Below are positions 49,176 to 59,735 of a DNA stretch of 64,000 nucleotides, in pieces (the first letter of the stretch is position 1; the number at the start of each line of letters is the position of its first letter). The translations under genes were made by a program, and so were the position numbers. This stretch comes from an uncultured Corynebacterium sp. GTDB lineage: Bacteria; Actinomycetota; Actinomycetes; Mycobacteriales; Mycobacteriaceae. Location: positions 19,954-83,953 of the forward strand of contig NZ_CAMXWS010000003.1 in NCBI RefSeq assembly GCF_947253065.1, read 5' to 3'. The notes below the pieces were generated by a model that searched no databases, was not told the DNA's origin, and was given only the letters and a program-made list of their open reading frames with translations.

Positions 49176-49829
49176 TTAGAGCTCGTCGGCGCTATAGAGG
49201 ATGACGCTGCGGTCACTGTTGTTCGGTCCGCAGCCAATGTGGCGGGTACCAGGCTCATCATGCATTCCCGGCGGGATCACTCGCGAGGAGCACACCCAGC
49301 CTTCGGGGGATTCCCAAATGCCGGCGGATCCTTGGGGTGGAGTGCCGGGAGGGTTGGGGGAGAGGTACTGCTGCACGACTTTGAGCCCGGTCTCACAGTC
49401 CGTGTTGTCGGCGAGCGCGACAACGGTCAACGGGTCGCCGAATTTATCGGGAAATTCACCGCAGTGCGTGCCCTCCGGGGCGCGGGCCATGTCGACCTTG
49501 TCGTCGCGCTTGCCGTTGTCTTTATCGGCCTTCTCATTGTCTTTTTTGTCATTCCCCGCGTCCTTTTTGTCGTCGGACGCGGAGTCTTTCTTTTCGTCCT
49601 TGGCCTTATTGCCTTTGTAGTCCTTGTCGTCGGACTTCTTCTTGTTGTTTGGTTCCTTGTCGTCGTTGGCCTGCTCGGACGACTCGTCGCCTGCGGCTTC
49701 GGCCTCAGAGGTGGCCATGGTGGTTAGGACGGGTGCATCGGTGTCTGGTTCGCGGGTGGAGCAGCCAGCCAGGGCGATGGTGGCTGTGGTGAAGACGGCG
49801 GTGATGCGGGCACGGTGTGAAAGACGCAT
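49176..49829 (-). CDS. lipoprotein with a Lys/Asp-rich low-complexity region
   Basis: Signal peptide with LAGCS lipobox. About 70 residues of K/D/N-rich low complexity. Cys-containing C-terminal domain. Confidence 0.5.
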   Translation of the reverse strand: MRLSHRARITAVFTTATIALAGCSTREPDTDAPVLTTMATSEAEAAGDESSEQANDDKEPNNKKKSDDKDYKGNKAKDEKKDSASDDKKDAGNDKKDNEKADKDNGKRDDKVDMARAPEGTHCGEFPDKFGDPLTVVALADNTDCETGLKVVQQYLSPNPPGTPPQGSAGIWESPEGWVCSSRVIPPGMHDEPGTRHIGCGPNNSDRSVILYSADEL

Positions 49830-49959
49830 AAGAGCACAGTGTAGGTGGTTGGCCGGGGCTCGTGTGGGCTAAGCGGAAGTCCTGCTGGTGCTGCTAGGGG
49901 ACAGTATTCTCGGGGAAAATAACAGGATTGATGGGTGCTCAAAGGGCCGGAGGCAGGGT

Positions 49960-50517
49960 ATGAAGAAGTTCGGAATTGTGATCGCGGTGATCGGGGCGAT
50001 TGGTCTTGCCGCGGCGCTCATTGTTGGCATCTTCGTCAGTGGCGCGGGGCTGCGTGATGGGTTGAATGAGACGCAGTACGACATCAATGGTGGAAGTGGC
50101 CAGGTGCAGCTGGAAGCGGAAACGGAATACCGGCTCTTCCGCACCGGGGAGGCGCCAAGGAATACTTCTTGTGAGGTCACATCACCCGGCGGGGAAGTAA
50201 TGGAGCAGTCATCATCAGGGATCAGCCTGACCATTGAGAATACGGAGGGTGCGTGGTACTCGATGAGTAAGTTCACCACCCAAGAAGCCGGTGAATATGA
50301 CTTCGATTGCACCGGTGACGCCATGGTGCGCACCGCTGATTCAGCTGATGCGATCGGCAAAGGAATCTTCGGGGTGCTCGGCTCCATCTTCGGCGCGATG
50401 GGTGCTGGAACACTACTGATCGCCGGGATCATTCTGGCAGTAGTGGGGAACTACCACGAAAAACAAGCGCGACGACGTGAGCAGGCCGCGTACTGGTCAC
50501 CGCAGCAAGGCATGTAG
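49960..50517 (+). CDS. hypothetical membrane protein
   Basis: Start taken at MKKFGIV. N- and C-terminal TM helices. The track ORF begins at 49888. Confidence 0.4.
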   Translation: MKKFGIVIAVIGAIGLAAALIVGIFVSGAGLRDGLNETQYDINGGSGQVQLEAETEYRLFRTGEAPRNTSCEVTSPGGEVMEQSSSGISLTIENTEGAWYSMSKFTTQEAGEYDFDCTGDAMVRTADSADAIGKGIFGVLGSIFGAMGAGTLLIAGIILAVVGNYHEKQARRREQAAYWSPQQGM

Positions 50518-50613
50518 CTCCAGCGGGGCACGGTCCTGAAAGCCCGGGAAGTTGATGCCAAGGAATGGCTGAGTGTAAATGGCTATAGCGCCGGCACTGA
50601 CGTAGGCTTTGGC

Positions 50614-52536
50614 GTGATGAATATTGATGAGAACGCCGCTGAAGAACAGCAGGCGAATACCCCGGTTGAGCCGGAAGAAAATGGGAATGGGTCCGCAGAT
50701 CAAGGTGCGGAAGATGTGAAGGAAAATGGGGGCGACGGGGCGTCGGCAAGCGATGGCTTTGATGCGCTCGGCCTGCCTGATGATGTGCTGGCCGCGATCC
50801 GGAAGGTCGGCTTTGAGGAGCCGTCGCCGATTCAGGCGCAGACGATTCCGCTGCTGATGGAAGGCCGCGACGTGGTCGGCCTGGCGCAGACGGGTACGGG
50901 CAAGACCGCGGCGTTCGCGCTGCCGGTGCTGTCGCAGATTGATCGGAAGGCGCGTCACCCGCAGGCGCTTGTGCTTGCGCCGACGCGTGAGCTGGCACTG
51001 CAGGTGTCCGATTCCTTCCAGTCTTTTGCTGATCACCTGGGCGGCATTTCGGTGCTGCCGATCTACGGCGGTCAGGCATACGGCATTCAGCTGTCGGGTC
51101 TGCGCCGTGGCGCACAGATCATCGTGGGTACTCCGGGACGTGTGATTGACCACCTGGAGAAGGGCTCGCTGGATATCTCCAACCTGCGCTTCCTCGTGCT
51201 CGATGAGGCGGACGAGATGCTGAACATGGGCTTCCAGGAAGACGTTGAGCGCATCCTGGAGGACACCCCGGACGAGAAGCAGGTCGCGCTGTTTTCGGCG
51301 ACGATGCCAAATGGCATCCGCCGGATTTCGAAGCAGTACCTGGACAACCCGGCTGAAGTCACGGTCAAGTCCGAGACGCGCACGAACACGAATATCACGC
51401 AGCGCTACCTGTTCACCGCGCACCGCAACAAGCTCGATGCGATCACGCGCATCCTTGAGGTCACCGAATTCGACGGCATGATCGTTTTCGTGCGCACCAA
51501 GCACGAAACGGAAGAGGTCGCGGAGAAGCTCCGTGCGCGCGGATTCTCCGCCGCCGCGATCAATGGTGATATTGCACAGCAGCAGCGTGAGCGCACGGTT
51601 GATCAGCTTCGCGACGGGCGCTTGGACATCCTCGTCGCCACCGACGTCGCCGCGCGTGGTCTGGATGTGGAGCGCATCTCGCACGTGCTCAACTACGACA
51701 TTCCGAATGACACGGAAAGCTACGTCCACCGCATTGGCCGCACCGGTCGTGCTGGACGTACTGGTGAGGCGATCCTCTTTGTCACCCCGCGTGAGCGCCG
51801 CATGCTCCGCTCGATTGAGAAGGTCACTGGCGCGAAGATCGAAGAGATGGACCTGCCCACCGTGGACGAGGTCAATGTCTCCCGTATGGCTAAGTTCTCC
51901 GACTCGATCACCGAGTCGCTGGAAAACGACCAGATGGATCTCTTCCGTGGCCTGGTGCGCACCTACTCCGCTGACCACGATGTGCCGATGGAAGACATCG
52001 CAGCAGCGCTCGCCGCACAGACTTCTGGTGATGAGTTCCTGATGAAGGAGCCGCCGAAGGACAAGCGCGACCGCCGTGATCGTGACCGTTGGGATCGCGA
52101 TGACCGTCGTGGACGCGGCCGCGGCCGTGATGATCGTGGTGGTCGTAGCCGTTTCCACAACGACGACCCGAATTTTGATACCTACCGTCTGGACGTGGGC
52201 AAGCGTCAGCACGTCCGCCCGGGTGCGATCGTCGGTGCGCTCGCCAACGAAGGTGGCCTGACCAACCGCGACTTCGGTCGCATCACCATCGGTGGTGACT
52301 TCACGCTCGTGGAGCTGCCGAAGAACCTCGACCGGGCTGTCCTCGACCGCCTGTCGGACACGCGCATTTCCGGTCAGCTGATCAATATTCAGCGTGATCA
52401 CGGCGCACCGCCGCGCAATCGTGGCGGCCGCGGTGGTTACCGCCGGCGTGACGACGATCGCGATCGCGGCTACCGCGGTGGCCGCGGTGGGCGCGGTGGA
52501 CGTGGCGGTCGGGGCAACCGCAATTGGCGTGACTAA
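50614..52536 (+). CDS. deaD: DEAD-box ATP-dependent RNA helicase (DeaD/CshA-like) with an RG-rich tail
   Basis: Q-motif, GTGKT, DEAD, SAT and HRIGRTGRAG motifs. DbpA-like C-terminus and RGG/RD repeats. Confidence 0.9.
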   Translation: MMNIDENAAEEQQANTPVEPEENGNGSADQGAEDVKENGGDGASASDGFDALGLPDDVLAAIRKVGFEEPSPIQAQTIPLLMEGRDVVGLAQTGTGKTAAFALPVLSQIDRKARHPQALVLAPTRELALQVSDSFQSFADHLGGISVLPIYGGQAYGIQLSGLRRGAQIIVGTPGRVIDHLEKGSLDISNLRFLVLDEADEMLNMGFQEDVERILEDTPDEKQVALFSATMPNGIRRISKQYLDNPAEVTVKSETRTNTNITQRYLFTAHRNKLDAITRILEVTEFDGMIVFVRTKHETEEVAEKLRARGFSAAAINGDIAQQQRERTVDQLRDGRLDILVATDVAARGLDVERISHVLNYDIPNDTESYVHRIGRTGRAGRTGEAILFVTPRERRMLRSIEKVTGAKIEEMDLPTVDEVNVSRMAKFSDSITESLENDQMDLFRGLVRTYSADHDVPMEDIAAALAAQTSGDEFLMKEPPKDKRDRRDRDRWDRDDRRGRGRGRDDRGGRSRFHNDDPNFDTYRLDVGKRQHVRPGAIVGALANEGGLTNRDFGRITIGGDFTLVELPKNLDRAVLDRLSDTRISGQLINIQRDHGAPPRNRGGRGGYRRRDDDRDRGYRGGRGGRGGRGGRGNRNWRD

Positions 52537-52553
52537 TTTCTACGTACATTAGG

Positions 52554-52590
52554 GCCACCGACGGGGAGAGCGATTCCCGTCGGTGGCTTT
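52554..52590 (+). terminator. rho-independent terminator of deaD
   Basis: Perfect 13-bp stem GCCACCGACGGGA-gagcga-TCCCGTCGGTGGC followed by TTTGGTGGATT. Confidence 0.7.
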
Positions 52591-52624
52591 GGTGGATTAA
52601 ACGGCAAGGGACAGGGAGACAACA

Positions 52625-53614
52625 GTGCGGAGGATTAGTGCCGCTTTAGCACTCAGCATCGGTGTGGCTGGCTCTGTTTTGTTTGCTGGGCCTGATGCTG
52701 GTTTCGCGCATGCTGCTGTCCCTACCGTCGCATATCAAGGCATGCCAATTAGCGTCGAAGGCACCGGCCAACGGTGCACCATCGGCTATAACGATGCCGA
52801 GAATCGTCGCAGCTTCACCGCTGCACACTGTGGTGCTGATGGTGCACGCGTCCGCCTGGTTGATCCTGCTGATTTCAGGCAGCGCTCTGGGTATGTGGGC
52901 ACTCTTCGTCTCTCCCCGGAATATGCCGGCATGCGTGGCCCGAATGACTGGGCTGTCATCGAATGGGATGAGGGCATCACCATCGCACCAAATAACTATT
53001 CCGGTGACACTTTGATCCATCCCGATGAGATTCGTCCCGGCGATCAGATCTGCTACCACGGCTCGACCACGCACAAGGGAAACCGCGAATCCAACTGTGG
53101 TGAAGCCGTGATCACGTTTGGTCATGAGGCCTATGCCATTGGTGTTTCCGGTCAGCCGGGTGATTCCGGCGGGCCGGTCTTCATTCCGGGGCGTGGCCTG
53201 GTCGGTGTTGTCTCCGGACACGTCACGCCGACACTGAACCTACCCGGCTTCCAGGGGGTGAAAGCCCGCTTCCTGCGCGCGACCTTCCCGCAAGACGGTC
53301 CTGCTGATGCCGTGAGCCAGTTCCACCGCTGGGCGGTCACCGGCTATTTGCGCGATCAAAGCAACCCCGGCGTCGTGCCACTTCTGCACACCATCGATCG
53401 CGCCTCCACCGGACAGTCTGGCCCGACTGCGGAGCCATACAAGAACTATCCCGGCAAGGCGGCCGATCCCGGTGCCACTGACAATGATGATGCACAGCAA
53501 GACCACGGGAGCAGCCAGAGCTCAGCGACGTCCCCTGGCGCGATCCTCGCCTATGTTCTGATGGTCATTGTCGCTGCAGTGCCGCTGGTAGGGCAGGTCC
53601 TCGGGTTCTTCTAA
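52625..53614 (+). CDS. secreted trypsin-like (S1) serine protease with a C-terminal membrane anchor
   Basis: GTG start. Signal peptide, TAAHC (His) and GDSGGP (Ser) motifs. C-terminal hydrophobic helix. Confidence 0.8.
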   Translation: MRRISAALALSIGVAGSVLFAGPDAGFAHAAVPTVAYQGMPISVEGTGQRCTIGYNDAENRRSFTAAHCGADGARVRLVDPADFRQRSGYVGTLRLSPEYAGMRGPNDWAVIEWDEGITIAPNNYSGDTLIHPDEIRPGDQICYHGSTTHKGNRESNCGEAVITFGHEAYAIGVSGQPGDSGGPVFIPGRGLVGVVSGHVTPTLNLPGFQGVKARFLRATFPQDGPADAVSQFHRWAVTGYLRDQSNPGVVPLLHTIDRASTGQSGPTAEPYKNYPGKAADPGATDNDDAQQDHGSSQSSATSPGAILAYVLMVIVAAVPLVGQVLGFF

Positions 53615-53680
53615 AACCAAAAATCCCCCCTTGACCAACCCGACGAACCGGAAGGCGAAGGAGGGGAAGTAGTCCTGTGT

Positions 53681-54163
53681 TTAGACCGGAGTCGGCAGGA
53701 ACATCAGGATCAGAACCAGGAACCACAGCAGGCAGAAGATGCCGCCGCCGGCAGCGGCCTTGACGCGGGCGGAGTCAAAGTTATTGGTCACATCGCGCGG
53801 GTCCGCATCAGCAGGGGACAGGGCGCCCAGGCTGCCCATGATCTTGCGCTGCTGCGGAATGACCATTGCGAACAGGAAAGCCCATGCCAGAACGCTAAGC
53901 ACGATCGCGGTGTGCATCCAGTAATTAGCCTTATGGGTCTCCCAATCGAAGGCGAGCAGTGCACCGCCGAGCAGCGGGACCAGCATGGAGATCAGACCGT
54001 AGGTGGTGGAGGAGCGGTGCAGGAAAGATGCGCGACCGACAGCCTCTTCCGAACCGGACTGGGCCTGCTGAGCGGCCTTGGGGAACGCGGACACGGCAAC
54101 CGTTACCGGGCCGATAAGCAGAATCGCGGCGGCAACGTGCAGGAAAAGCATGAATGAAGTCAT
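53681..54163 (-). CDS. small integral membrane protein
   Basis: Four predicted TM helices. Confidence 0.45.
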   Translation of the reverse strand: MTSFMLFLHVAAAILLIGPVTVAVSAFPKAAQQAQSGSEEAVGRASFLHRSSTTYGLISMLVPLLGGALLAFDWETHKANYWMHTAIVLSVLAWAFLFAMVIPQQRKIMGSLGALSPADADPRDVTNNFDSARVKAAAGGGIFCLLWFLVLILMFLPTPV

Positions 54164-54169
54164 GGGTCC

Positions 54170-54823
54170 TTACTCTACGGAAAACACTGGAATTGTCCCA
54201 TCTGGGGAGTGCCCGCTGATCAAACCACGAATGCCCGAACATTGTCGACGCATCGCGCGCACATCAGGTTTGGGCAGCGCAAGCCCATATTTTCTGGCCA
54301 CCTCTCCGATTCTTTGGGCATAGGCGCAGCGTGCCGACGCATCCATTGGCACCCACTCGCTGGGCAAGGCATCTGATTTGGATTGGTTAGCGGCCCGTGA
54401 GGTAACCACAAGGTTCAACGGATCGTTGGCAAAAGCGAGACGCTTCTTATCCGGCCAGCGGAATGCCCCGATATCCCAGGCGGCGCGGAGGGGAATGACA
54501 TGGTCGATTTCAACATCGTCGGGTTGAAGGAGCTCGCCGGTGTATGGGTCAGTGAAAGGCGTGACCGTGTTCATGTCCCACTGGCGGTAGGGCACAGCGC
54601 AGGAGTCGACCTGCCATGCGTCTGCCATGACGGCCTCACGCGTCGTGCAGCCGCTGCGGTGGGTGGCCCAACCAGCGCCGAAGACACTGCGTTCGTATCC
54701 GAGGACGGTGTGGCGGGGGTGGGGGCTTGAGGGGACGTCGATAAGCGAATGCGGAGTGGGGAACGGGACGACCGCGATGGTGGCGATGATGAGGGCGCAG
54801 AGATACGCGCGGAATGGTGTCAT
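54170..54823 (-). CDS. secreted DUF1524/HNH-like nuclease-domain protein
   Basis: N-terminal signal/TM segment. DHVIPLRAAW...NDPLNLVVTSRAANQSKSD resembles the DUF1524 His-Me finger nuclease domain. Confidence 0.5.
   Translation of the reverse strand: MTPFRAYLCALIIATIAVVPFPTPHSLIDVPSSPHPRHTVLGYERSVFGAGWATHRSGCTTREAVMADAWQVDSCAVPYRQWDMNTVTPFTDPYTGELLQPDDVEIDHVIPLRAAWDIGAFRWPDKKRLAFANDPLNLVVTSRAANQSKSDALPSEWVPMDASARCAYAQRIGEVARKYGLALPKPDVRAMRRQCSGIRGLISGHSPDGTIPVFSVE
54736..54746 (-). repeat. 11-mer copy (reverse orientation)
   Basis: The coding strand of the DUF1524 gene reads S-L-I-D-V. Confidence 0.9.
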
Positions 54824-54940
54824 GCCTTATTGGACTGCGGCGGGGCGTGTAGCGGTTCCACATCGCATAGTGCAGCCGAAAGAGACACAAAAACGCACCG
54901 CGGTAATCAAGCGGTGCGTTTGTTGTGAGCTAGAGGAGTT

Positions 54941-56500
54941 CTAGCGCTGGGTGCTCTCCAGTGCGTCGTCGAAGCTCTGCTCCGGGTGGGTCATGGCGTA
55001 GTCGAAGACCTGGCCGGCGCGGTCGAATTCGGCTTCGGCCTCGGCGTTCGGCTTGGTAGCCAGGGAGACACCCACCATGGCGATGGTGGCGAACAGCACG
55101 CCCGGGACCATCTCGTAGATGAGCTCGGAGGTGGCGGGGACGTAGCCCCACACCATCACAGTCACTGCGCCGACGATCATGCCGGCCATCGCGCCCTGGG
55201 CGGTCAGGCGACGCCAGAACAGGGAGGCGACGACGACCGGGCCGAATGCGGAACCAAAGCCAGCCCATGCGAAGCCGACGAGGCCAAGGATGGTGTCGGA
55301 CGGGTTGAGCGCCATGAGGATGGCGATGATGGCGACGAGCACGACCATGCCGCGGGAAGCGATCAGCAAACCGTTGCCGGTCAGTTCCTTCTTGGTCAGG
55401 CCGCGGAAGAGGTCCTCGATCAGTGCGGAAGACGTGACCAGCAGCTGGGAAGACATGGTGGACATGATGGCCGCGAGAACAGCGGTGAGAACCAGGCCAG
55501 CGAACAGCGGGTGGAACAGAACATAGGTCATGTCCAGGAAGATCGTCTCAAAGCCCTTGCGGTCGGTGACGGAGTGCTGGGTCTGGCCGAAGAAGCTCGT
55601 GCCGACGATGGCGGTGAAGACAGCGCCGACGTAGCAGACACCAACCCAGATCAGGCCGGAATTACGGCCGGAGCGTGCCTCAGACGGGCTGCGCAGCGCC
55701 ATGAAGCGGGTGACAATGTGCGGCTGGCCCATGTAGCCGAAGCCCCAAGCCAAGTTGCCGATGATGGTGGCGGCAGAAACACCGGCGAAGAAGTTGAAGA
55801 ATGTCGGATTGCCATTCTCATGTGGCCCGTAGGGGTTATCCAGCGGGTAGGAGAAGACATCGCCGGCATTGTCGATGGCGAACAGCGCCATGATCGGGAC
55901 GATGATCAAGGCGGCGAACATCAGTAGACCCTGCGCAACGTCAGTGTAGGACACTGCGAAAAAGCCGCCGACGAAGGTGTAGACGACGGTGATGGCACCG
56001 ACGATCAGCATGCCCCACACGTACTCGCCCTTGAAGGTGGATTCGAAGTAGCGTCCGCCGGCGACCATGCCGGAGGAGACGTAGAAGGTGAAGAAGAAGA
56101 TGATGATCAATGCGGCGATCACGCGCAGCGCACGGGTTTGATCGTGCGTGCGGTTTTCAAAGAAGCTCGGCAGGGTGATCGAGTTATTGGCCACCTCCGA
56201 GTAGGCGCGCAGGCGTGGGGCGACCCACTGCCAGTTCGCCCAGGAGCCCAGGAACAGGCCGATGACGATCCACAGTTCGCTCATGCCGGAGACGAACAGC
56301 GCGCCGGGCAGGCCCATCAGTAGCCAGCCGGACATATCTGACGCGCCGGCGGAAATGCCTGCGACGAAGGCAGGCAGGTCACGTCCGCCGATGACGTAGT
56401 CGCCGTATTTAGTGGTTTTGCGCCATCCGTAATAACCGATGGCGAGCATCAATCCGAAGTAGATGACCACCGCGATGATCATCCAAGTGCTCTCGGACAT
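54941..56500 (-). CDS. putP: sodium/proline symporter
   Basis: SSS-family signature and PutP-like N-terminus MIIAVVIYFGLMLAIGYYGWRKT. Thirteen TM helices. Confidence 0.9.
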   Translation of the reverse strand: MSESTWMIIAVVIYFGLMLAIGYYGWRKTTKYGDYVIGGRDLPAFVAGISAGASDMSGWLLMGLPGALFVSGMSELWIVIGLFLGSWANWQWVAPRLRAYSEVANNSITLPSFFENRTHDQTRALRVIAALIIIFFFTFYVSSGMVAGGRYFESTFKGEYVWGMLIVGAITVVYTFVGGFFAVSYTDVAQGLLMFAALIIVPIMALFAIDNAGDVFSYPLDNPYGPHENGNPTFFNFFAGVSAATIIGNLAWGFGYMGQPHIVTRFMALRSPSEARSGRNSGLIWVGVCYVGAVFTAIVGTSFFGQTQHSVTDRKGFETIFLDMTYVLFHPLFAGLVLTAVLAAIMSTMSSQLLVTSSALIEDLFRGLTKKELTGNGLLIASRGMVVLVAIIAILMALNPSDTILGLVGFAWAGFGSAFGPVVVASLFWRRLTAQGAMAGMIVGAVTVMVWGYVPATSELIYEMVPGVLFATIAMVGVSLATKPNAEAEAEFDRAGQVFDYAMTHPEQSFDDALESTQR

Positions 56501-56654
56501 GAAGTCTCCTTTTCATGTTCTTACGGCCCCGTAGCTTTCAAGGCACGTGGTTGTCAGAAGCAACGGCCAGAATAACGTACGGCCATTCACAGGGTGTGGA
56601 TATCTAGTTATAGGTTCTGTGGTGCGTTTCGCCGTCGGTGGTACAAAAGAGGTT

Positions 56655-59600
56655 ATGCCTAAATTCCTTCTGCACGGCCTGTGGCTGCCCGCCTCAGGTC
56701 TCAACCTGTGGGTTGAGCGTGTAGATGGGCACAAGATTTTGATGCCTTCGCAGGTTCCTGCGGGCACGTTCCCGCCGATGGTGGAGAACATGCTGCAGGA
56801 TTCGCAGTTCCGTCGCCGCGGGGCGATCACGCTGCAGACTCCGAAGGGCAAGCAGGTGCAGTTGCGTGCTCCGACGGCAGCATTTTCGCCGGAGGAAACG
56901 GTGGCTTTTTTGAGCCAGGTTTCGCTTCTCGACGATGCGTCGCCCGCCGCCACCACCGCTCAACGCCAGTCGATCGCACCGGATCTGTACTGGATCATTC
57001 GCCTCTATGTGGGCCTGACTCGGTTTGTGCGTGCGGGCAGGGTGAGCATTCGTGTGCGTCCATCCGATGGTGCCTGGTACCCGGAGTGGCAATTGGGCAC
57101 GGGCCTGGAAGAGCGTGGCTGGTTGGCATCGATGATTGCGGCCGCGCCGGGAGTGATTACGGCGAATAACGTGAACCTGGGCGAGGATGTGGCCACGACA
57201 TTGGTGCACTGGATTGCTAGTGCACACCTGTCGCATTTGAAGGACCAGACGCGGGCATACCCGTGGCATGATTTTTCGGACGCACTGCTGAATTCTCAGC
57301 CTTTGCGCCGTGGCGGTTCGAGTGTGTCGAAGCAGATCGCGCATTGGAATGGCTCGATCACTGCAGTGAATGTGCAGTTGGTCTTCATCGTCGAGGAGCC
57401 AACGGATCCGGTGCAGCAGGCGCACGAGAATGATTCAGCCGGTGCGATGCTCAGTGAGCTCGCCGATATCACTGCCACCAGTACTGGCACGGATACGAAT
57501 GCCTCGATGGATCCGGCGAAGGTGCAGTGGCCGGTGCGTGCCCAGGTGCGTGCGGGTACGGATGCGCCGCGGCCGATTCATCTTGATGAGGTCGATGTGG
57601 CCACGTTGTCCAGTTTGCGTGATCAGCTGCGCCGCGCGGTTGAGGTCACTGGCTTGGTGGATCCGGAGAAGCATCCGCGCATGCCTTTTACCCCGATGAC
57701 GGACAGGGACGGGGATTGGGATGCGTACTTGAGCACGGATGAGCTGATGGAGCTCGTGGCCAAGGATGCGACGCGGCTGCAGATGAAGGGCATCACAGTG
57801 ATGCTGCCGCGCTCCTGGCAGCGCATGGAGACTACGGCGAAGCTCAAGGTCAGCGCCAATGATGATGACGGTGCTGATGCCGCGACGACGCGTCGTTTCG
57901 GCGTGGATCAGCTGATTTCTTATGACTGGTCACTCTCTGTCGGGGATACGGAGCTAACGGCAGAAGAAATGCGCCAGCTGGTCAATTCCAAGTCAGGGCT
58001 GATCCAGCTGCGTGGCCAGTGGGTGATGGCGGATTCGCAGTCTCTGGCGAGGTCACGCAAATACATCGAGTCCTTGTCGGAGAAGGAAGTCGAAGAGGGC
58101 GTCATCACTGCCGAGGAGCTGCGCCAGCTGGCGTTGGAGTCTGCGGCGGAGGCTGAAGGCGGCGCGCTGGAGATCGCCGGTGATGTGGATTCACCGGCGT
58201 GGATGGACACTTTGATTGGCGGGACCGACCGCCCGGCCCCGGACCGTCAGCCGATTCCGGATACGGTGACTGCGGAGCTGCGTGATTATCAGCGCCGTGG
58301 TGTGGATTGGCTGTATTTCATGTCGCGGAACCAGCTCGGTGCGGTGCTCGCCGATGACATGGGGCTGGGCAAGACGTTGCAGCTGCTCACGCTTCTGGCC
58401 ATCGAGGCGGAGAATAAGGAGAAGACGGGTCCCACGTTGGTTGTCGCACCGACTTCTGTGGTGGGCAACTGGGCACGCGAGGCGCAGCGCTTCGTGCCCA
58501 ACATGCGGGTTGGTGTTCACCATGGGCAAGGGCGTCTCAAAGGCGATGCGCTGGTCGAGGAGATCGGGCAGTTGGATCTGCTGATCACCTCCTACGGCGT
58601 GGTCACCCGGGATTACAAGCAATTGGGGCTCATTGAATGGGACCATGTGGTGCTTGATGAGGCGCAGGCAATCAAGAATGCGTCGACGCGGGCGTCGCAA
58701 AGCGTGCGTGCAATTGATGCGCGCCACCGCATCGCGCTGACGGGTACTCCTGTGGAGAATCGTCTGGCGGAGCTGCGCAGCCTCCTTGATTTCGTGAACC
58801 CCGGCATTTTGGGGACGCAGAGCTTCTTCCGCAATCACTTCGCCAAAATCATTGAGACGCGACGTGATGAGCAGCTGGCTGATGAGATGCAGGATCGCCT
58901 CCAGCGTCTTACCGCGCCATTTGTGTTGCGCAGGTTGAAGACGGATCCGACGATTATTTCGGACCTGCCGGAGAAAAGCGAGCAAGTGGTCACCGTAGAT
59001 ATGACGGATGAGCAGGCCGCGCTGTACACCGCGCTCGTGGAATCGATGAAAAAGGAGCTGGAGAAGCGCACAGGTATGTCGCGCAAGGGGCTCGTGCTTT
59101 CCACGATCACGCGCATCAAACAGATCTGTAACCACCCCGCGCACTTCCTCGGCGATGGGTCTGCGGTGACCATCAAGGGCAAGCACCGCTCCGGCAAGGT
59201 GGCAAAGCTTTTGCAGCTTATCGACGAAGCCGTGGCCACCGACCAGCGCGTCCTCGTTTTCACTCAGTACAAGGCTTTCGGCGATATTCTCCAGCCGTAT
59301 TTGAGCGACCGGCTGGGCCAGGACATTCCGTTCCTGCATGGCGGAGTGTCCAAAACTGCGCGTGATGCGATGGTGGATGAATTCCAAAATCCGAATGGTC
59401 CGCGCGCCATGATTCTGTCGCTGCGTGCCGGCGGCACGGGCCTGAACCTGACTGCGGCATCGATGGTGATCCACATGGATCGGTGGTGGAACCCCGCGGT
59501 GGAGAACCAGGCCACTGACCGTGCGTACCGCATCGGGCAGGCCAAGAATGTTCAGGTGTACAAGATGATCACCCGCGGGACGATGGAGGAGTCCATCCAA

Positions 59601-59720
59601 GACATTCTGGACGGCAAGCTCCAGCTCGCCGGCGCAGTGGTCGGTGAAGGCGAAGGCTGGATCACCGAGCTGGACACCGATGATCTGACCACGCTGATGA
59701 GCTACCGGACGAGCGAGTAG
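56655..59720 (+). CDS. helZ: SNF2-family helicase (HelZ-like)
   Basis: Start taken at MPKFLLHGLW. SNF2 N-terminal ATPase motifs (LADDMGLGKTLQ, DEAQ) and a helicase C domain. Confidence 0.85.
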   Translation: MPKFLLHGLWLPASGLNLWVERVDGHKILMPSQVPAGTFPPMVENMLQDSQFRRRGAITLQTPKGKQVQLRAPTAAFSPEETVAFLSQVSLLDDASPAATTAQRQSIAPDLYWIIRLYVGLTRFVRAGRVSIRVRPSDGAWYPEWQLGTGLEERGWLASMIAAAPGVITANNVNLGEDVATTLVHWIASAHLSHLKDQTRAYPWHDFSDALLNSQPLRRGGSSVSKQIAHWNGSITAVNVQLVFIVEEPTDPVQQAHENDSAGAMLSELADITATSTGTDTNASMDPAKVQWPVRAQVRAGTDAPRPIHLDEVDVATLSSLRDQLRRAVEVTGLVDPEKHPRMPFTPMTDRDGDWDAYLSTDELMELVAKDATRLQMKGITVMLPRSWQRMETTAKLKVSANDDDGADAATTRRFGVDQLISYDWSLSVGDTELTAEEMRQLVNSKSGLIQLRGQWVMADSQSLARSRKYIESLSEKEVEEGVITAEELRQLALESAAEAEGGALEIAGDVDSPAWMDTLIGGTDRPAPDRQPIPDTVTAELRDYQRRGVDWLYFMSRNQLGAVLADDMGLGKTLQLLTLLAIEAENKEKTGPTLVVAPTSVVGNWAREAQRFVPNMRVGVHHGQGRLKGDALVEEIGQLDLLITSYGVVTRDYKQLGLIEWDHVVLDEAQAIKNASTRASQSVRAIDARHRIALTGTPVENRLAELRSLLDFVNPGILGTQSFFRNHFAKIIETRRDEQLADEMQDRLQRLTAPFVLRRLKTDPTIISDLPEKSEQVVTVDMTDEQAALYTALVESMKKELEKRTGMSRKGLVLSTITRIKQICNHPAHFLGDGSAVTIKGKHRSGKVAKLLQLIDEAVATDQRVLVFTQYKAFGDILQPYLSDRLGQDIPFLHGGVSKTARDAMVDEFQNPNGPRAMILSLRAGGTGLNLTAASMVIHMDRWWNPAVENQATDRAYRIGQAKNVQVYKMITRGTMEESIQDILDGKLQLAGAVVGEGEGWITELDTDDLTTLMSYRTSE
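59216..59226 (+). repeat. 11-mer GCTTATCGACG copy
   Basis: Exact match. Q-L-I-D-E in helZ. Confidence 0.9.
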
Positions 59721-59735
59721 GAGGGAGGAGCACGC

